From: Sedimentisphaerales bacterium
Lineage (GTDB): Bacteria > Planctomycetota > Phycisphaerae > Sedimentisphaerales > Anaerobacaceae
Length of the DNA stretch: 64,000 nucleotides
Direction: 5' to 3'
Assembly (NCBI GenBank): GCA_040772485.1
Contig: JAXGYC010000008.1
Span: 544,001-608,000 of the forward strand
Shown: in pieces, positions 1 to 10,330 of the stretch
Layout of the letters: each line of letters starts with the position of its first letter
How positions within the stretch are numbered: the stretch's first letter is position 1
Made by a program: the position numbers and the translations under genes
Notes under the pieces: model-generated
What the model was told of the DNA's origin: nothing
Seen by the model: only the letters and a program-made list of their open reading frames with translations
The model's database searches: none

Positions 1-1005
1 CATGGACGCCAGCGAGCTGATGACCGCGCCGGCGATGGCTGCGAGCATGAACCCGCGCAGGCCCGCCGGAATCAGGTTGCGGATCAGCGTCGGAAACGCC
101 TCGTCGGCCGCCGTCATCTGATCGCCGTAGAGCTGATACGACATGATGCCCGGCAGCACGATGGCGAACGGAATCAACAGCCACAATGCACCGGCGAAGA
201 TCACCCCGAGCTGCCCGTCCCGGAGGGTCCTGGCCGCCAGGTTCCGTTGCACGATGAACTGGTTCAAGCCGCAATAGTAGATCTCTACGATCCACATACC
301 GGAGAGCACACCCGTCCAGGGCAGCCCCTCGTGGCTCGCCGGCAGGACCATGTGCAGCTTGTCGGCGTTGACGGTTGAGAACTGCTCCCAGCCGCCGCAG
401 GCGCGCAGGCCCAGGAAGAACGTGACGATGCCGCCGATCAATAGTGCGCCGCCCTGGAACAGATCCGCCCAGGCCACCGCCTTGAGCCCGCCCCAGACGG
501 TGTAGATGGCGGCGATCGAGCCGATCAGCCAGATGCCTTTCGTCAGACCGACGCCGAAGATCTTGTTCAAAGTCAGGCCGCCGGAATAGAGCACCGCCGC
601 CAGCAGCACGGCGACGTAGATCACCACGGTGGTCAGCGCCATGAGCGCCCGCGCCGCCGAGTTGTAGCGGTATTCCAGGTACTCGGGCATGGTGTAGATG
701 CCCGCCTTGAGGAAGCGGGGCAGAAGCGTGAAGGCGATCGCGATGATGCCGATGCTGCCGAACAACTGCCAGTTGCTCACCGCCAGACCGATGCTGCCGG
801 CGCCCTGGCCGGCCATGCCGACGAACTGCTCGGTGGAGATGTTGGCCGCCACAATGGAAAGCCCGATGAGCGGCCAGGTCAGGCCGCGACCGGCCAGGAA
901 GTAATCCTCGCTGGTCTTCTCGCGCCGGCTCTTGAACATGCTGAAGGCGACGACCACGCCGATGAACGCCAGAAAGACACCGATGTCGAAGGGATTCAGA
1001 TCCAT
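1..1005 (-). CDS. Sodium:solute symporter (SSS/SLC5 family), N-terminal part; runs off the left window edge
   Basis: Manual translation from ATG at 1005: MDLNPFDIGVFLAFIGVVVAFSMFKSRREKTSEDYFLAGRGL...AANISTEQFVGMAG...GIYTMPEYLEYRY...WGGLKAVAWAD, all typical SSS motifs. Absent from the ORF track because it has no stop in the window. Confidence 0.92.
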   Translation of the reverse strand, partial: MDLNPFDIGVFLAFIGVVVAFSMFKSRREKTSEDYFLAGRGLTWPLIGLSIVAANISTEQFVGMAGQGAGSIGLAVSNWQLFGSIGIIAIAFTLLPRFLKAGIYTMPEYLEYRYNSAARALMALTTVVIYVAVLLAAVLYSGGLTLNKIFGVGLTKGIWLIGSIAAIYTVWGGLKAVAWADLFQGGALLIGGIVTFFLGLRACGGWEQFSTVNADKLHMVLPASHEGLPWTGVLSGMWIVEIYYCGLNQFIVQRNLAARTLRDGQLGVIFAGALWLLIPFAIVLPGIMSYQLYGDQMTAADEAFPTLIRNLIPAGLRGFMLAAIAGAVISSLASM

Positions 1006-1050
1006 GCGTCAGCCCATCCAAGAAGCCGGTCTCGGGACAACCGTGACGCC

Positions 1051-1078
1051 ATTATAAAGGTCGCCGCTCCGGCCTCAA
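1051..1078 (-). promoter_or_regulatory. Putative sigma-70 promoter of the SSS gene
   Basis: TTGAGG-16 nt-TATAAT on the minus strand, 45 nt upstream of the ATG. Confidence 0.55.
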
Positions 1079-1145
1079 CGATAAAGCCCTTCAGCAACGC
1101 CGCCGTGTGTGTGCACCGCCATTCCTGAGTCATTGAAGGGTCTGT

Positions 1146-1258
1146 GTGGCAGCCTCAGACGCCTTGGCGTCTGGGGATGGGCGAAAGCGTCGGCGTCCCT
1201 GGATATACAAGGCGAGATCGTATCCGCCATCCCCAAGGCTGCGCCTTGAGGCTGCCAC
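1146..1258. repeat. REP doublet (REPIN-like), family A
   Basis: GTGGCAG-CCTCA-hairpin-TGGGG-ATGG at 1146-1180, with an inverted copy at 1227-1258. Confidence 0.85.
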
Positions 1259-1642
1259 ACACATGCCAGCGGGGCGGTCGGCAAGCAGCCACGAACCGGC
1301 ACGCTTCTCGGCCACCACTGAATTACGACCGGTAATATGCGCCGATCTGAGAATCGCTTCGCACCTTTCAACCGTCGAGGCACGCTGGCGCCGGCGCCAC
1401 GCCTGTCCAGCCGGAAGGCCGCCCCGTCGAAATGGAGTCGCCCCCCGCAAGTGCCGATAGGACTCCCATAGCGGCAACTGTGGAAAGTTGCCTGGGGGCC
1501 ACAAGGACAGGCCATCACACCCCCGACGAACGTCGGGACAGCAGGAGGCGGGTGGCAGCCTTAGGTGCAGCACAGGACAGGCTCGGCGCTGGGAGCCTCC
1601 CCCAAGACAGCGTGATCGAGAAGCATGGAAAGGCAGCACCTT

Positions 1643-2536
1643 ATGACGAATCAGTTCGAGCAGCGGCTTGACAGAAGGCAGTTTCTCAAGACGGCGCTGG
1701 CCGTAGCCGGAGGGATCACCACATTCGGGGTCAATCCGAGCTTCGCCGGTGCCGGCCAGGAGCCGGCGCATTGGGCGCTTCTCTCGGATACCCACATCGC
1801 GGGCGACCCCGACCACAAGTTCTTAGGCTTCTGCCCCTATCAGAACCTGCGGGAGATCTGCCATCAGATTGAGGCCCGTCCGCCGGACGGCCTCGTGGTC
1901 ACCGGTGACCTCGCCCGATTGAGGGGCCATGCGGAGGACTACAAGAACCTGCGCGAGCTGGTCGCGCCCATCGCCCGGAAACGCCCGATCCACCTGGCCA
2001 CGGGCAATCACGACGACCGCGAGAACCTCCTGCACGCATTCCAGAAACCCAACTACCCCACCTGGACCGTCAACGGAAAGCACATGCTCACCGTCGACGC
2101 CGGCCCGGTGAAGCTGATCGTCCTCGATTCACTTCTCTTCGTGGACCTGCCCTGGGGCCGTCTGGGCAAAGGGCAGCGCAGGTGGCTGGAGATGTATCTC
2201 CACGCCTGCGACGAGGCGCCGGTGGTCTTGATGCTGCACCATCCGGTCCTCGGCATGGACGCGCTCTGGGACGCCAAGTCGCTCCTCAAGATCGTCAAGC
2301 CGATGGCGAAGGTCAAGGCCATCGTGTACGGACATTCGCACCGGTTTGCCTTCTCCGAGTACGAAGGCATTCACCTGATCAACCTTCCGGCCACCGGCTT
2401 CACCGGGTACAGCAGCCAGCCCGTCGGATGGGTCGAAGCTCGTCTGGCGAAAGACGAAGGTCTGTTCACCCTGCATGCGCTTGAGGGCAACACACGGCTG
2501 AACGGCCAGACCACTCGCCTGCGCTGGAGAAGCTGA
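1643..2536 (+). CDS. Tat-exported calcineurin-like metallophosphoesterase (Icc/CpdA-like)
   Basis: RRQFLK Tat motif; SDTH, TGDL, GNHD, LHHP and GHSH motifs. Start moved to ATG 1643 (GAAAGG upstream). Confidence 0.88.
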   Translation: MTNQFEQRLDRRQFLKTALAVAGGITTFGVNPSFAGAGQEPAHWALLSDTHIAGDPDHKFLGFCPYQNLREICHQIEARPPDGLVVTGDLARLRGHAEDYKNLRELVAPIARKRPIHLATGNHDDRENLLHAFQKPNYPTWTVNGKHMLTVDAGPVKLIVLDSLLFVDLPWGRLGKGQRRWLEMYLHACDEAPVVLMLHHPVLGMDALWDAKSLLKIVKPMAKVKAIVYGHSHRFAFSEYEGIHLINLPATGFTGYSSQPVGWVEARLAKDEGLFTLHALEGNTRLNGQTTRLRWRS

Positions 2537-2628
2537 AGACCGGCTGCACCGAGGGAAGGCGGCATCGCACAGGAATGAGCACGGATGCGGAAGGTGGGGG
2601 GATAGCAGGCCGCAGGGACTGTTCCGGC

Positions 2629-2919
2629 CTACAGTTCGTCCGGCTGACGGACATGGATGCGGACGTTCTCTCGGTAGACCTCCGTGTCGTCCTGACTGGC
2701 CCGGTCGATCTGACTCTGGGCCCAGAAGATCCGAAGAGCCGTCACCCCGCAGCCGAGACCTGCGACGAAGAACACCGCGGCCGCCAGGTACGCGAAGAAC
2801 TCCGGCAGAGCCGCGATCAGGACGCCAAACCCGATCAGCAGAAGTCCCACGATCATGATCGCGCTGGCCACGCTGCGCGACGCTCGCGAAAGGGTGTTCG
2901 AGTAGAAACGAAACATCAT
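2629..2919 (-). CDS. Small membrane protein (two hydrophobic helices)
   Basis: AGGAAGGAG RBS before ATG 2919; two TM-like segments; GC3-rich codons. Confidence 0.7.
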   Translation of the reverse strand: MMFRFYSNTLSRASRSVASAIMIVGLLLIGFGVLIAALPEFFAYLAAAVFFVAGLGCGVTALRIFWAQSQIDRASQDDTEVYRENVRIHVRQPDEL

Positions 2920-2948
2920 TTTCGGTACTCCTTCCTGCGAAGTGTACG

Positions 2949-2980
2949 AAAAAGGAGCGGGTCCCGTTCGGGACCCGCTC
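2949..2980 (-). terminator. Rho-independent terminator after groEL
   Basis: GAGCGGGTCCC-GAAC-GGGACCCGCTC followed by CTTTTT on the minus strand, 16 nt after the groEL stop. Confidence 0.85.
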
Positions 2981-2996
2981 GGCATTCGTCTCTCGG

Positions 2997-4634
<1,638 letters not shown>

Positions 4635-4687
4635 TCATTTCTCGTCGATCCGAGTGCGTGATGCTTCGTTTCGTTGCCTTCGGCGGT

Positions 4688-4978
4688 CTACTTCTCGATC
4701 ACGGCCATGACGTCCGACTCGTCCATGATCAGGTACTCTTTGCCGTCGACCTTGATCTCGGTGCCGGCGTAGCTGGTGAACAGCACCAGATCACCCTTCT
4801 TGAGCTGGACCTCTCGCCGGGTGCCGTCTTCGAGCAGTCTGCCTTCGCCCACGTTGACGATTTTGCCTCTCTGGGGCTTCTCCTTGGCCGTATCCGGCAG
4901 CACGATCCCGCCGGCCGTCTTCGACTCCGCCTCAACGCGCTCAACCAGCACTTTATCCGCCAATGGTCGAATGTTCAT
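4688..4978 (-). CDS. groS: Co-chaperonin GroES
   Basis: 96 aa; [26 protein letters not shown]; directly upstream of groEL. Confidence 0.99.
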   Translation of the reverse strand: MNIRPLADKVLVERVEAESKTAGGIVLPDTAKEKPQRGKIVNVGEGRLLEDGTRREVQLKKGDLVLFTSYAGTEIKVDGKEYLIMDESDVMAVIEK

Positions 4979-5082
4979 TTGTTCCTACTCCTTTCCACTT
5001 GCATTGCATGGGGTTGACCGTACCATCGTGTCCAAATCTGCGTATATCGCATAACTATCTATTTGCAAACCACTTAGCAGGA

Positions 5083-5502
5083 TCATTGTGCAAAGATGTC
5101 GCTGTTGTACTTCTTCAGGAACAGGCGGTTCAAGAGCTGCTGGAGAACCTCCATGTTGACGGGTTTGCCGATGACGCCGAACACGTCGAGCGCCAGCGCT
5201 CGGCCGAGCACATCCGCGTCGACCCGGCTGGTCAGCAGGATGCAGGGCAGCAGCGGGTAGTCCATCCGGATGATCTTGATCGTCGCCAGCGCGTTGGAGC
5301 GCTCGGAGTCCATGTCGAGGATGGTCGTGTGGATCCGGGTCCTGCCGAGGATATGAACGAATTCGCCGGCGTTCTCGGCGACCATGAGGTTGATGCCCCT
5401 GGGCCTGAAGAGGCTGCGCAGGGCCTCCGGCCAGGCCCAGCTTGCCGCACTGGCCAGGACATTCACGTCGCCGAGTTGTGACCGTTCCATAGACATAGTC
5501 AT
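5083..5502 (-). CDS. Stand-alone receiver-domain protein, atypical
   Basis: ILD (phospho-Asp position), ILLTS and KP motifs; beta-1 acidic pair absent. Start could be 5502, 5496 or 5490. Confidence 0.8.
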   Translation of the reverse strand: MTMSMERSQLGDVNVLASAASWAWPEALRSLFRPRGINLMVAENAGEFVHILGRTRIHTTILDMDSERSNALATIKIIRMDYPLLPCILLTSRVDADVLGRALALDVFGVIGKPVNMEVLQQLLNRLFLKKYNSDIFAQ

Positions 5503-5520
5503 CCTACCGCAGCCGGAAAG

Positions 5521-5537
5521 TGCAAATGCCGTGCCAA
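5521..5537 (-). promoter_or_regulatory. Sigma-54 (-24/-12) promoter
   Basis: TTGGCACG-GCAT-TTGCA on the minus strand, a full match to YTGGCACG-N4-TTGCW. Confidence 0.85.
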
Positions 5538-5576
5538 CGGCTGGACCCGCCGACGGGTCGCCCGTAAACCATATAC

Positions 5577-5661
5577 TGACAACGTGTTACGACACGGCGC
5601 CCAACGAGGCGTCCCTCTGGCAAAATTGCAGCCTGCTCTCCCCGGCCCTGCCAGCCTGGCA
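5577..5661. promoter_or_regulatory. Candidate IHF site and tandem upstream activator sequences for the sigma-54 promoter
   Basis: TGACAA-CGTG-TTA (5577-5589) resembles WATCAA-N4-TTR; near-palindromes TGGCAAAATTGCA (5618-5630) and TGCCAGCCTGGCA (5649-5661) are 31 bp apart. Confidence 0.5.
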
Positions 5662-5776
5662 GCCGCCTCACGCGGGCGGTCCCGCTGCGCCTGGCGCGGA
5701 AACCTGTTGGCAGCAGCCCCCTGATGTGTTAGGAATGGCCCCGAGCACGGGGCAGCTATGGAAGGTCGGTCGAGCT

Positions 5777-6592
5777 ATGGACAAGGTGGTCTTTGCACAG
5801 TCGTGGGAACCGTACTTCGCCCGCTTGGGCCTGAGGACGTTCGACGATTTTCACAGCTACCCCGAGACCGTCGCCGTCAACAGGAATCGCAAGCGCGACG
5901 TCCTGAAACTGACGCTCGGCGAGGGCGCCGACAGGCACGTTTTCTTCATGAAGCGGTTCCATGACCCCCATCTCAAGGACATCCTCGCCACGTGTCGCGG
6001 CCGCAACGGCTTGACCTCGCAGGCTGGCGTGGAGTGGCGGAATTCGCGACATCTGCAAGAAGACGGCATCGGAACCTACCAGGGCGTTTGTATGGGCGAG
6101 CGGACCCGCTGGGGCCTGGAGAAGGCCTCCTTCTTCCTCACCCTGGAGCTCGACGCCGTCTGCCTGCTCGATTTCGTGATGGACAACTGGCAGGTTCTCG
6201 ATCGCGGCCGCCAGGAGAGGATCGTCGTGGCCATAGCCCGCTTCGCCAGGACCCTGCACGGACTGGACATCTCGCTGCCGGACCTGCAACTCTGGCATCT
6301 CTACCTCCACACGGACGGCTCGCTCAGCGTGATCGACCTGCACCGCATGACCTGGCCCGTCCGCAGCCAGGACAAGAAGGCCAGGGACATGGGCCGGCTT
6401 CTCTGGAGCATGCTGCCGGACTACTTTGACGCCGACCATCGGCAACTGCTGCTCGACACGTACTTTGCAGAGCTCGACGGCGCCCGTCGGCAGACCCTGG
6501 TCCGCCGCATCGAACGGTTCGAGGCGACCTTCAACCGCCGCCACACCGCCCGCCGCTACTACAAGACCACCCAAAACCAGTCCGCTCGCTGA
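5777..6592 (+). CDS. Lipopolysaccharide kinase family protein (Kdo/WaaP/InaA-like)
   Basis: FFMKRF, EWRN, LH..DL..WH catalytic loop, VIDLHR, RDMGRL. Start set at ATG 5777; the ORF-track N-terminal extension overlaps the sigma-54 promoter region. Confidence 0.8.
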   Translation: MDKVVFAQSWEPYFARLGLRTFDDFHSYPETVAVNRNRKRDVLKLTLGEGADRHVFFMKRFHDPHLKDILATCRGRNGLTSQAGVEWRNSRHLQEDGIGTYQGVCMGERTRWGLEKASFFLTLELDAVCLLDFVMDNWQVLDRGRQERIVVAIARFARTLHGLDISLPDLQLWHLYLHTDGSLSVIDLHRMTWPVRSQDKKARDMGRLLWSMLPDYFDADHRQLLLDTYFAELDGARRQTLVRRIERFEATFNRRHTARRYYKTTQNQSAR

Positions 6593-6700
6593 TAGTATGC
6601 CGGGAGGCTTGCGACACCTTCCGGTCTTCGCCCGCGATGCACACCGGCAGATGGCCGGTTTACCCTGCGCGATGAGCGCCGATCGTGATAGAACAGTGTC

Positions 6701-6931
6701 ATGGATAGGATGGAACGACAACGTGTCCGACAGTGGATCCTGAACTGGGAGGCAGCGGGGGCCATGCTGGAGCAGGCCCGCGTCAGAGCCATCCGAGAAA
6801 CAGACACCGCCACGGCAATCGAGCAGCTTTCCGACGCCTTCGAATCCGCCCGGCTTCACTGGCAACCCCCAACCACCTCAGGCCTGGTGGAGCAGCAACG
6901 CCTGTTTGCGAGGCTGCGCGGTAAGCCATAG
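6701..6931 (+). CDS. Small conserved hypothetical protein
   Basis: 76 aa, W..AG..LE..R...SGLVEQQRLF pattern; TG-A-TAGAAC -10-like box 6 nt before the ATG. Confidence 0.65.
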   Translation: MDRMERQRVRQWILNWEAAGAMLEQARVRAIRETDTATAIEQLSDAFESARLHWQPPTTSGLVEQQRLFARLRGKP

Positions 6932-6947
6932 CAATCGCGAGGACCGA

Positions 6948-7047
6948 TCAGCGGATCAGCTTGATGATCTCCTGGAGGTCGTTGGGAGCTTCGATGGGGG
7001 CGTTGCTGAACTGACCCTGGTTGTCCTTGTGGTAGTTGACGGTGACG
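6948..7047 (-). pseudogene. Diverged duplicate of the last 32 codons plus stop of thrC
   Basis: 100 bp aligning without gaps to 8852-8951 (13 mismatches by hand); encodes [32 protein letters not shown]. Confidence 0.95.
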
Positions 7048-7130
7048 CAACGCCCGAATCAGATGTGGATATCCTGGTCCTGTTCAATCAAGCTCAAGGA
7101 ATCGAGAGCACGGGAGATGCGCAGGTCTGA
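7041..7130 (+). pseudogene. Fragment of a minimal nucleotidyltransferase (MNT) gene
   Basis: GDATPESDVDILVLF matches the MNT G-D-x4-SDxDxLV motif (compare 45153-45512 and 55031-55330); no start and no GS motif. Confidence 0.65.
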
Positions 7131-7184
7131 GTCCTGGTGTTGCGAACCCCGTCATCCCGTAACGCAGACGGGAGAAACGACCAA

Positions 7185-7303
7185 ATGGAAGAGCTCAAGC
7201 GATGTCCCTCATGTGGATTCACATATGCGTTTGATGGTAGGACGTGCCACCACTGCGGATATCCGGACAAAACCTCTGAGGCGAATCGGGGGACGCCTCG
7301 AAA
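7185..7303 (+). pseudogene. Zinc-ribbon protein N-terminus, apparently interrupted
   Basis: GGAGA RBS, then MEELKRCPSCGFTYAFDGRTCHHCGY (two CxxC); the reading frame runs into the intron-like segment. Confidence 0.45.
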
Positions 7304-7480
7304 GTGCCGGTCGAAGCCGGCAGACGGTTGTGGATGCAAGAGGCGCACGAGAGAGGAACAGCGAACCATCTTGGCCCCGAGTCATGCGCCGAGGCGGGTA
7401 GCCGTCTGGGCGAAGCGGTCACGGGGGACAGATGCGAGCCAGCCATTGAGCTGTCACACCGAAGGGACCATGAGGTGCAA
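7304..7480 (+). mobile_element. Truncated 5' part (domain I) of a group II intron
   Basis: Starts GTGCC (consensus GUGYG). Contains AGACGGTTGTGGATG, AGCGAACCA..GGCCCCGAGTCATGCG, GCGAAGCG..ACGGGG and GCCAGCCATTGAGC, blocks I recall from bacterial group II intron 5' ends. No RT ORF or domain V. Confidence 0.55.
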
Positions 7481-7576
7481 TCCCCCCCTGGCGTGTCGAC
7501 CCGCATGGGGCCAAGGGACCGATCCTCATTTTGAGCTTCGGCGAGACTCCGTGAGCCATAGCGGCGGGGCATGCCC

Positions 7577-8731
7577 TCAGCTTTCGATTTGGGCCAGTTC
7601 CGTCAGGGGGATCACGTGGGCGTTCTTGGCCAGACGGTAGGATTCTGTGCCGGGGTAGACGACCCACAGATGTGCGAGCTTCAACTCGTCCAGGGCCGAG
7701 CGCATGGAGGGCGTCATGCGGGGCGCGTCTTGGAACTTCAGTTCGACGCCGCAGAGCCTGCCGCGGCGCTGGAAAACCATATCCAACTCCCCGCCTGTGT
7801 GAACGCCCCAGAAGAAGACCTCCTGCTCCGTCAGACCCAGGTGCTGCACCGTCTGTTCCAGGGCAAAGCCCTCCCAGGAGGCGCCCAGACGCGGGTGGGA
7901 ATGCAGGTCCTCATAGCTCCTCACGTCCATGAGGGTGTGCAGAAGGCCGGAGTCCCGCACGTAGATTTTGGGGCGCTTGACCAGGCGTTTGCGGGTGTTG
8001 TAGAACCACGGCTGCACCTGGCGGACCACGAACGTCTGGGTCAGGACATCGAGATAGTGGCGGGCCGCCGTGTCGGAGACCATCAAGCTTCGACCCACTT
8101 CGCTGGAGTTGAAGATCTGGCCGTGGTAGTGAGAGAGCATCATCCAGAATCGTCGCAAGCGCGGCGCCGGAATCCGAATACCCAGGTTGGGCACATCCCG
8201 TTCCAAGAAGGTCGTCATGAAGTCCTGACGCCACTGAAAGGAGAGTTGATTCGACCGCGCCAGGTAGGCCGGAGGAAAGCCCCCGCGAATCCACAGCTTG
8301 CGAACCTGGCTGGTGGGAAGGGTATCGAGCGAGAAGCCTCCCAGTTCCACGAAGGTGATCCGGCCCGCCAGAGTCTCCGAGCTCTGCCGTAGCAGATCAG
8401 GCGAGGCACTGCCGAGAATGACGTACCGGGCCGATTGCGGGCGATCCACCAGAACGCGCAGCACCGGGAAAAGGTCCGGCCTTCTCTGAATCTCGTCCAG
8501 GATCACAATCCCCCTGAGAGACTCCAAGGCCATCATGGGGTGATCGAGCTTGGCCACGTCCCCCGGGTTCTCCAGATCGAACCACATCAGCTTCTCGGAC
8601 GGCTGCGCGCGGGTAAATTGCCGGGCCAGGGTCGTCTTTCCGCTCTGGCGCGGGCCCAGGATGGCCACCACCTTGAAGGCCTTGAGCCGGCTCGCAAGAA
8701 TCGCCAACTCTTTTGTGCGAAGGATTTCCAC
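7577..8731 (-). CDS. AAA+ ATPase with C-terminal DUF4143 (PD-(D/E)xK-like) domain
   Basis: GPRQSGKTT Walker A, ILDEIQR Walker B, LGSAS, RGGFP, KRPKIY..DSGL, ELD..VELK. Start GTG 8731. Confidence 0.9.
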   Translation of the reverse strand: MEILRTKELAILASRLKAFKVVAILGPRQSGKTTLARQFTRAQPSEKLMWFDLENPGDVAKLDHPMMALESLRGIVILDEIQRRPDLFPVLRVLVDRPQSARYVILGSASPDLLRQSSETLAGRITFVELGGFSLDTLPTSQVRKLWIRGGFPPAYLARSNQLSFQWRQDFMTTFLERDVPNLGIRIPAPRLRRFWMMLSHYHGQIFNSSEVGRSLMVSDTAARHYLDVLTQTFVVRQVQPWFYNTRKRLVKRPKIYVRDSGLLHTLMDVRSYEDLHSHPRLGASWEGFALEQTVQHLGLTEQEVFFWGVHTGGELDMVFQRRGRLCGVELKFQDAPRMTPSMRSALDELKLAHLWVVYPGTESYRLAKNAHVIPLTELAQIES

Positions 8732-8737
8732 GAACAA

Positions 8738-8781
8738 ATGATACCATGAAATTTCGATGCCTGCAAAGAAATTTTCATGGT
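8738..8781 (-). promoter_or_regulatory. Sigma-70 promoter overlapped by an inverted repeat (candidate operator)
   Basis: TTGCAG-17-TATCAT with an extended TG; ACCATGAAATTTC (8743-8755) and GAAATTTTCATGGT (8768-8781) form an inverted repeat. Confidence 0.65.
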
Positions 8782-8851
8782 TACGAAATCTCGGTGTCTA
8801 TGCCCTCATCCACCGCGGGCAGATCTCCGGCAGGCACACTCAAGCGGCGGG

Positions 8852-10192
8852 CTACCGGATCAGCTTGATGATTTCGGCCAAGTCGTTGGGGGCCTCGACG
8901 GGGGCGTTGCTGAACTGGCCCTGGTTGTCCTTGTGGTAGTTGACGGTGACGTTGGGGTCCTTCAGCGCGTGGCCGGTCAGGACGCAGGCGACGCGGTCGC
9001 TCCTGGCGACCGTGCCGTCGGCCAGCAGGTGCTTGAGCCCCGCGATGGTGGCGGCCGAGGCCGGCTCGCAACCCAGCCCGTACTTGCCGATCAGGGCCTT
9101 GGCGTCGCAAATTTCCTCGTCGGTCACCGCCAGGACGACGCCTTGGCAGACGTCGATCGCGCGGAGGCACTTCTTGAGGTTCACCGGCCGGGAGATTTCG
9201 ATGGCGGATGCGCACGTGTGCGGCGAGAAGTGCCGTGCCGTCAGGTCGGCGTAGTAGTCGTCGATGATCTTCTGGTTCACATGCCCGCCATTCCAGACGA
9301 GCTTCTTGTTGTTGACCAGATCGGTCAGCGTATCGGCGCCCGTGGCGTTGACGATCGCCATGCGCGGCACGCGGTCGATCAGGCCGAGCTGCTTCAATTC
9401 CAGAAACGCCTTGCCGAACGCGCTGGAGTTGCCGAGGTTGCCGCCGGGCACGACGATCCAGTCAGGCGCCTGCCAGCCGAGGGCCTCGATGATGCGGTAC
9501 ATGATCGTCTTCTGGCCTTCCAGCCGGAACGGGTTGAGCGAGTTGAGCAGATACAGCCCCAGCTCGGTGCAGACGGCCTGCACCTGCCTCATGCAGTCGT
9601 CGAAGTCGCCCTGGATCTGGATCGTCTGGGCGCCGTAGTCCATCGCCTGGCTGAGCTTGCCGAACGCGATCCGCCCCGAGCCGATGAAGACGGTGCACTT
9701 CAGGCCGCAACTGTGGGCGTACAGCGCCACCGACGCCGACGTGTTGCCCGTCGAAGCGCACGCGCACGAGGTCGCGCCGACCATCATCGCGTGGCTGAAC
9801 GCGGCGGTCATGCCGTTGTCCTTGAACGAGCCCGAGGGGTTCAAGCCTTCGTACTGAAGATGCAGCGCATCGGGTTTCATGCCGAGGTGCTCGGCGATCT
9901 GGCGGTTCTGCTGGAGGATCGTCTGGCCCTCGCCGATGGTGACCTTGTGTTCGTCGGGACAGAAGTCCAGCAGCTCGCGGAAACGCCACACGCCGGACAA
10001 ATCCAGCCGCCGGTCCCGCGTCGCCCATCGCTTACCGAACTCGCTGAGCCTGCTGGGCACGGGCACCCGATCCCAGTCGTACTGCGCGTCGAGCAGGTCC
10101 CCGCACTGCGGACACTTGAAGATCGCCTGCCCACAATCGAACTCGGCGCCACACGCCGGATTGATGCACCTCTGAAACGCCACATCAGCCAT
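8852..10192 (-). CDS. thrC: Threonine synthase
   Basis: [16 protein letters not shown]-lysine motif, [38 protein letters not shown]. Confidence 0.95.
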   Translation of the reverse strand: MADVAFQRCINPACGAEFDCGQAIFKCPQCGDLLDAQYDWDRVPVPSRLSEFGKRWATRDRRLDLSGVWRFRELLDFCPDEHKVTIGEGQTILQQNRQIAEHLGMKPDALHLQYEGLNPSGSFKDNGMTAAFSHAMMVGATSCACASTGNTSASVALYAHSCGLKCTVFIGSGRIAFGKLSQAMDYGAQTIQIQGDFDDCMRQVQAVCTELGLYLLNSLNPFRLEGQKTIMYRIIEALGWQAPDWIVVPGGNLGNSSAFGKAFLELKQLGLIDRVPRMAIVNATGADTLTDLVNNKKLVWNGGHVNQKIIDDYYADLTARHFSPHTCASAIEISRPVNLKKCLRAIDVCQGVVLAVTDEEICDAKALIGKYGLGCEPASAATIAGLKHLLADGTVARSDRVACVLTGHALKDPNVTVNYHKDNQGQFSNAPVEAPNDLAEIIKLIR

Positions 10193-10296
10193 ATCGAATT
10201 CTCCAGTCGCACAATAGACTTGGCATTATAGCCGATCCACAGGCTCCCCGCCAACCCATGTGCGAAGCTCGAAATCGAGATGTCGAAGCCTGAGGG

Positions 10297-10330
10297 GTGG
10301 CAGCCTCAGACTCGAAGAGCTTGGGGATGG
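10297..10330 (+). repeat. REP family A singlet
   Basis: GTGGCAGCCTCAGACTCGAAGAGCTTGGGGATGG. Confidence 0.85.

Noticed and set aside
1075..1518. Short ORFs in the 1.0-1.6 kb intergenic region
   Set aside because: They overlap the REP doublet and hairpins, with no codon bias or motifs
4979..5082. CIRCE or a second sigma-54 promoter before groES
   Set aside because: No TTAGCACTC-N9-GAGTGCTAA; TGGTACG lacks a correctly spaced TTGC. Only an AT-rich IHF-like tract is present.
5384..5776. ORF-track N-terminal extensions (also 50056-51996, 20617-21642, 18820-19851, 19928, 39265)
   Set aside because: Extensions overlap promoters, repeats or neighbouring genes; homology motifs and RBSs point to later starts
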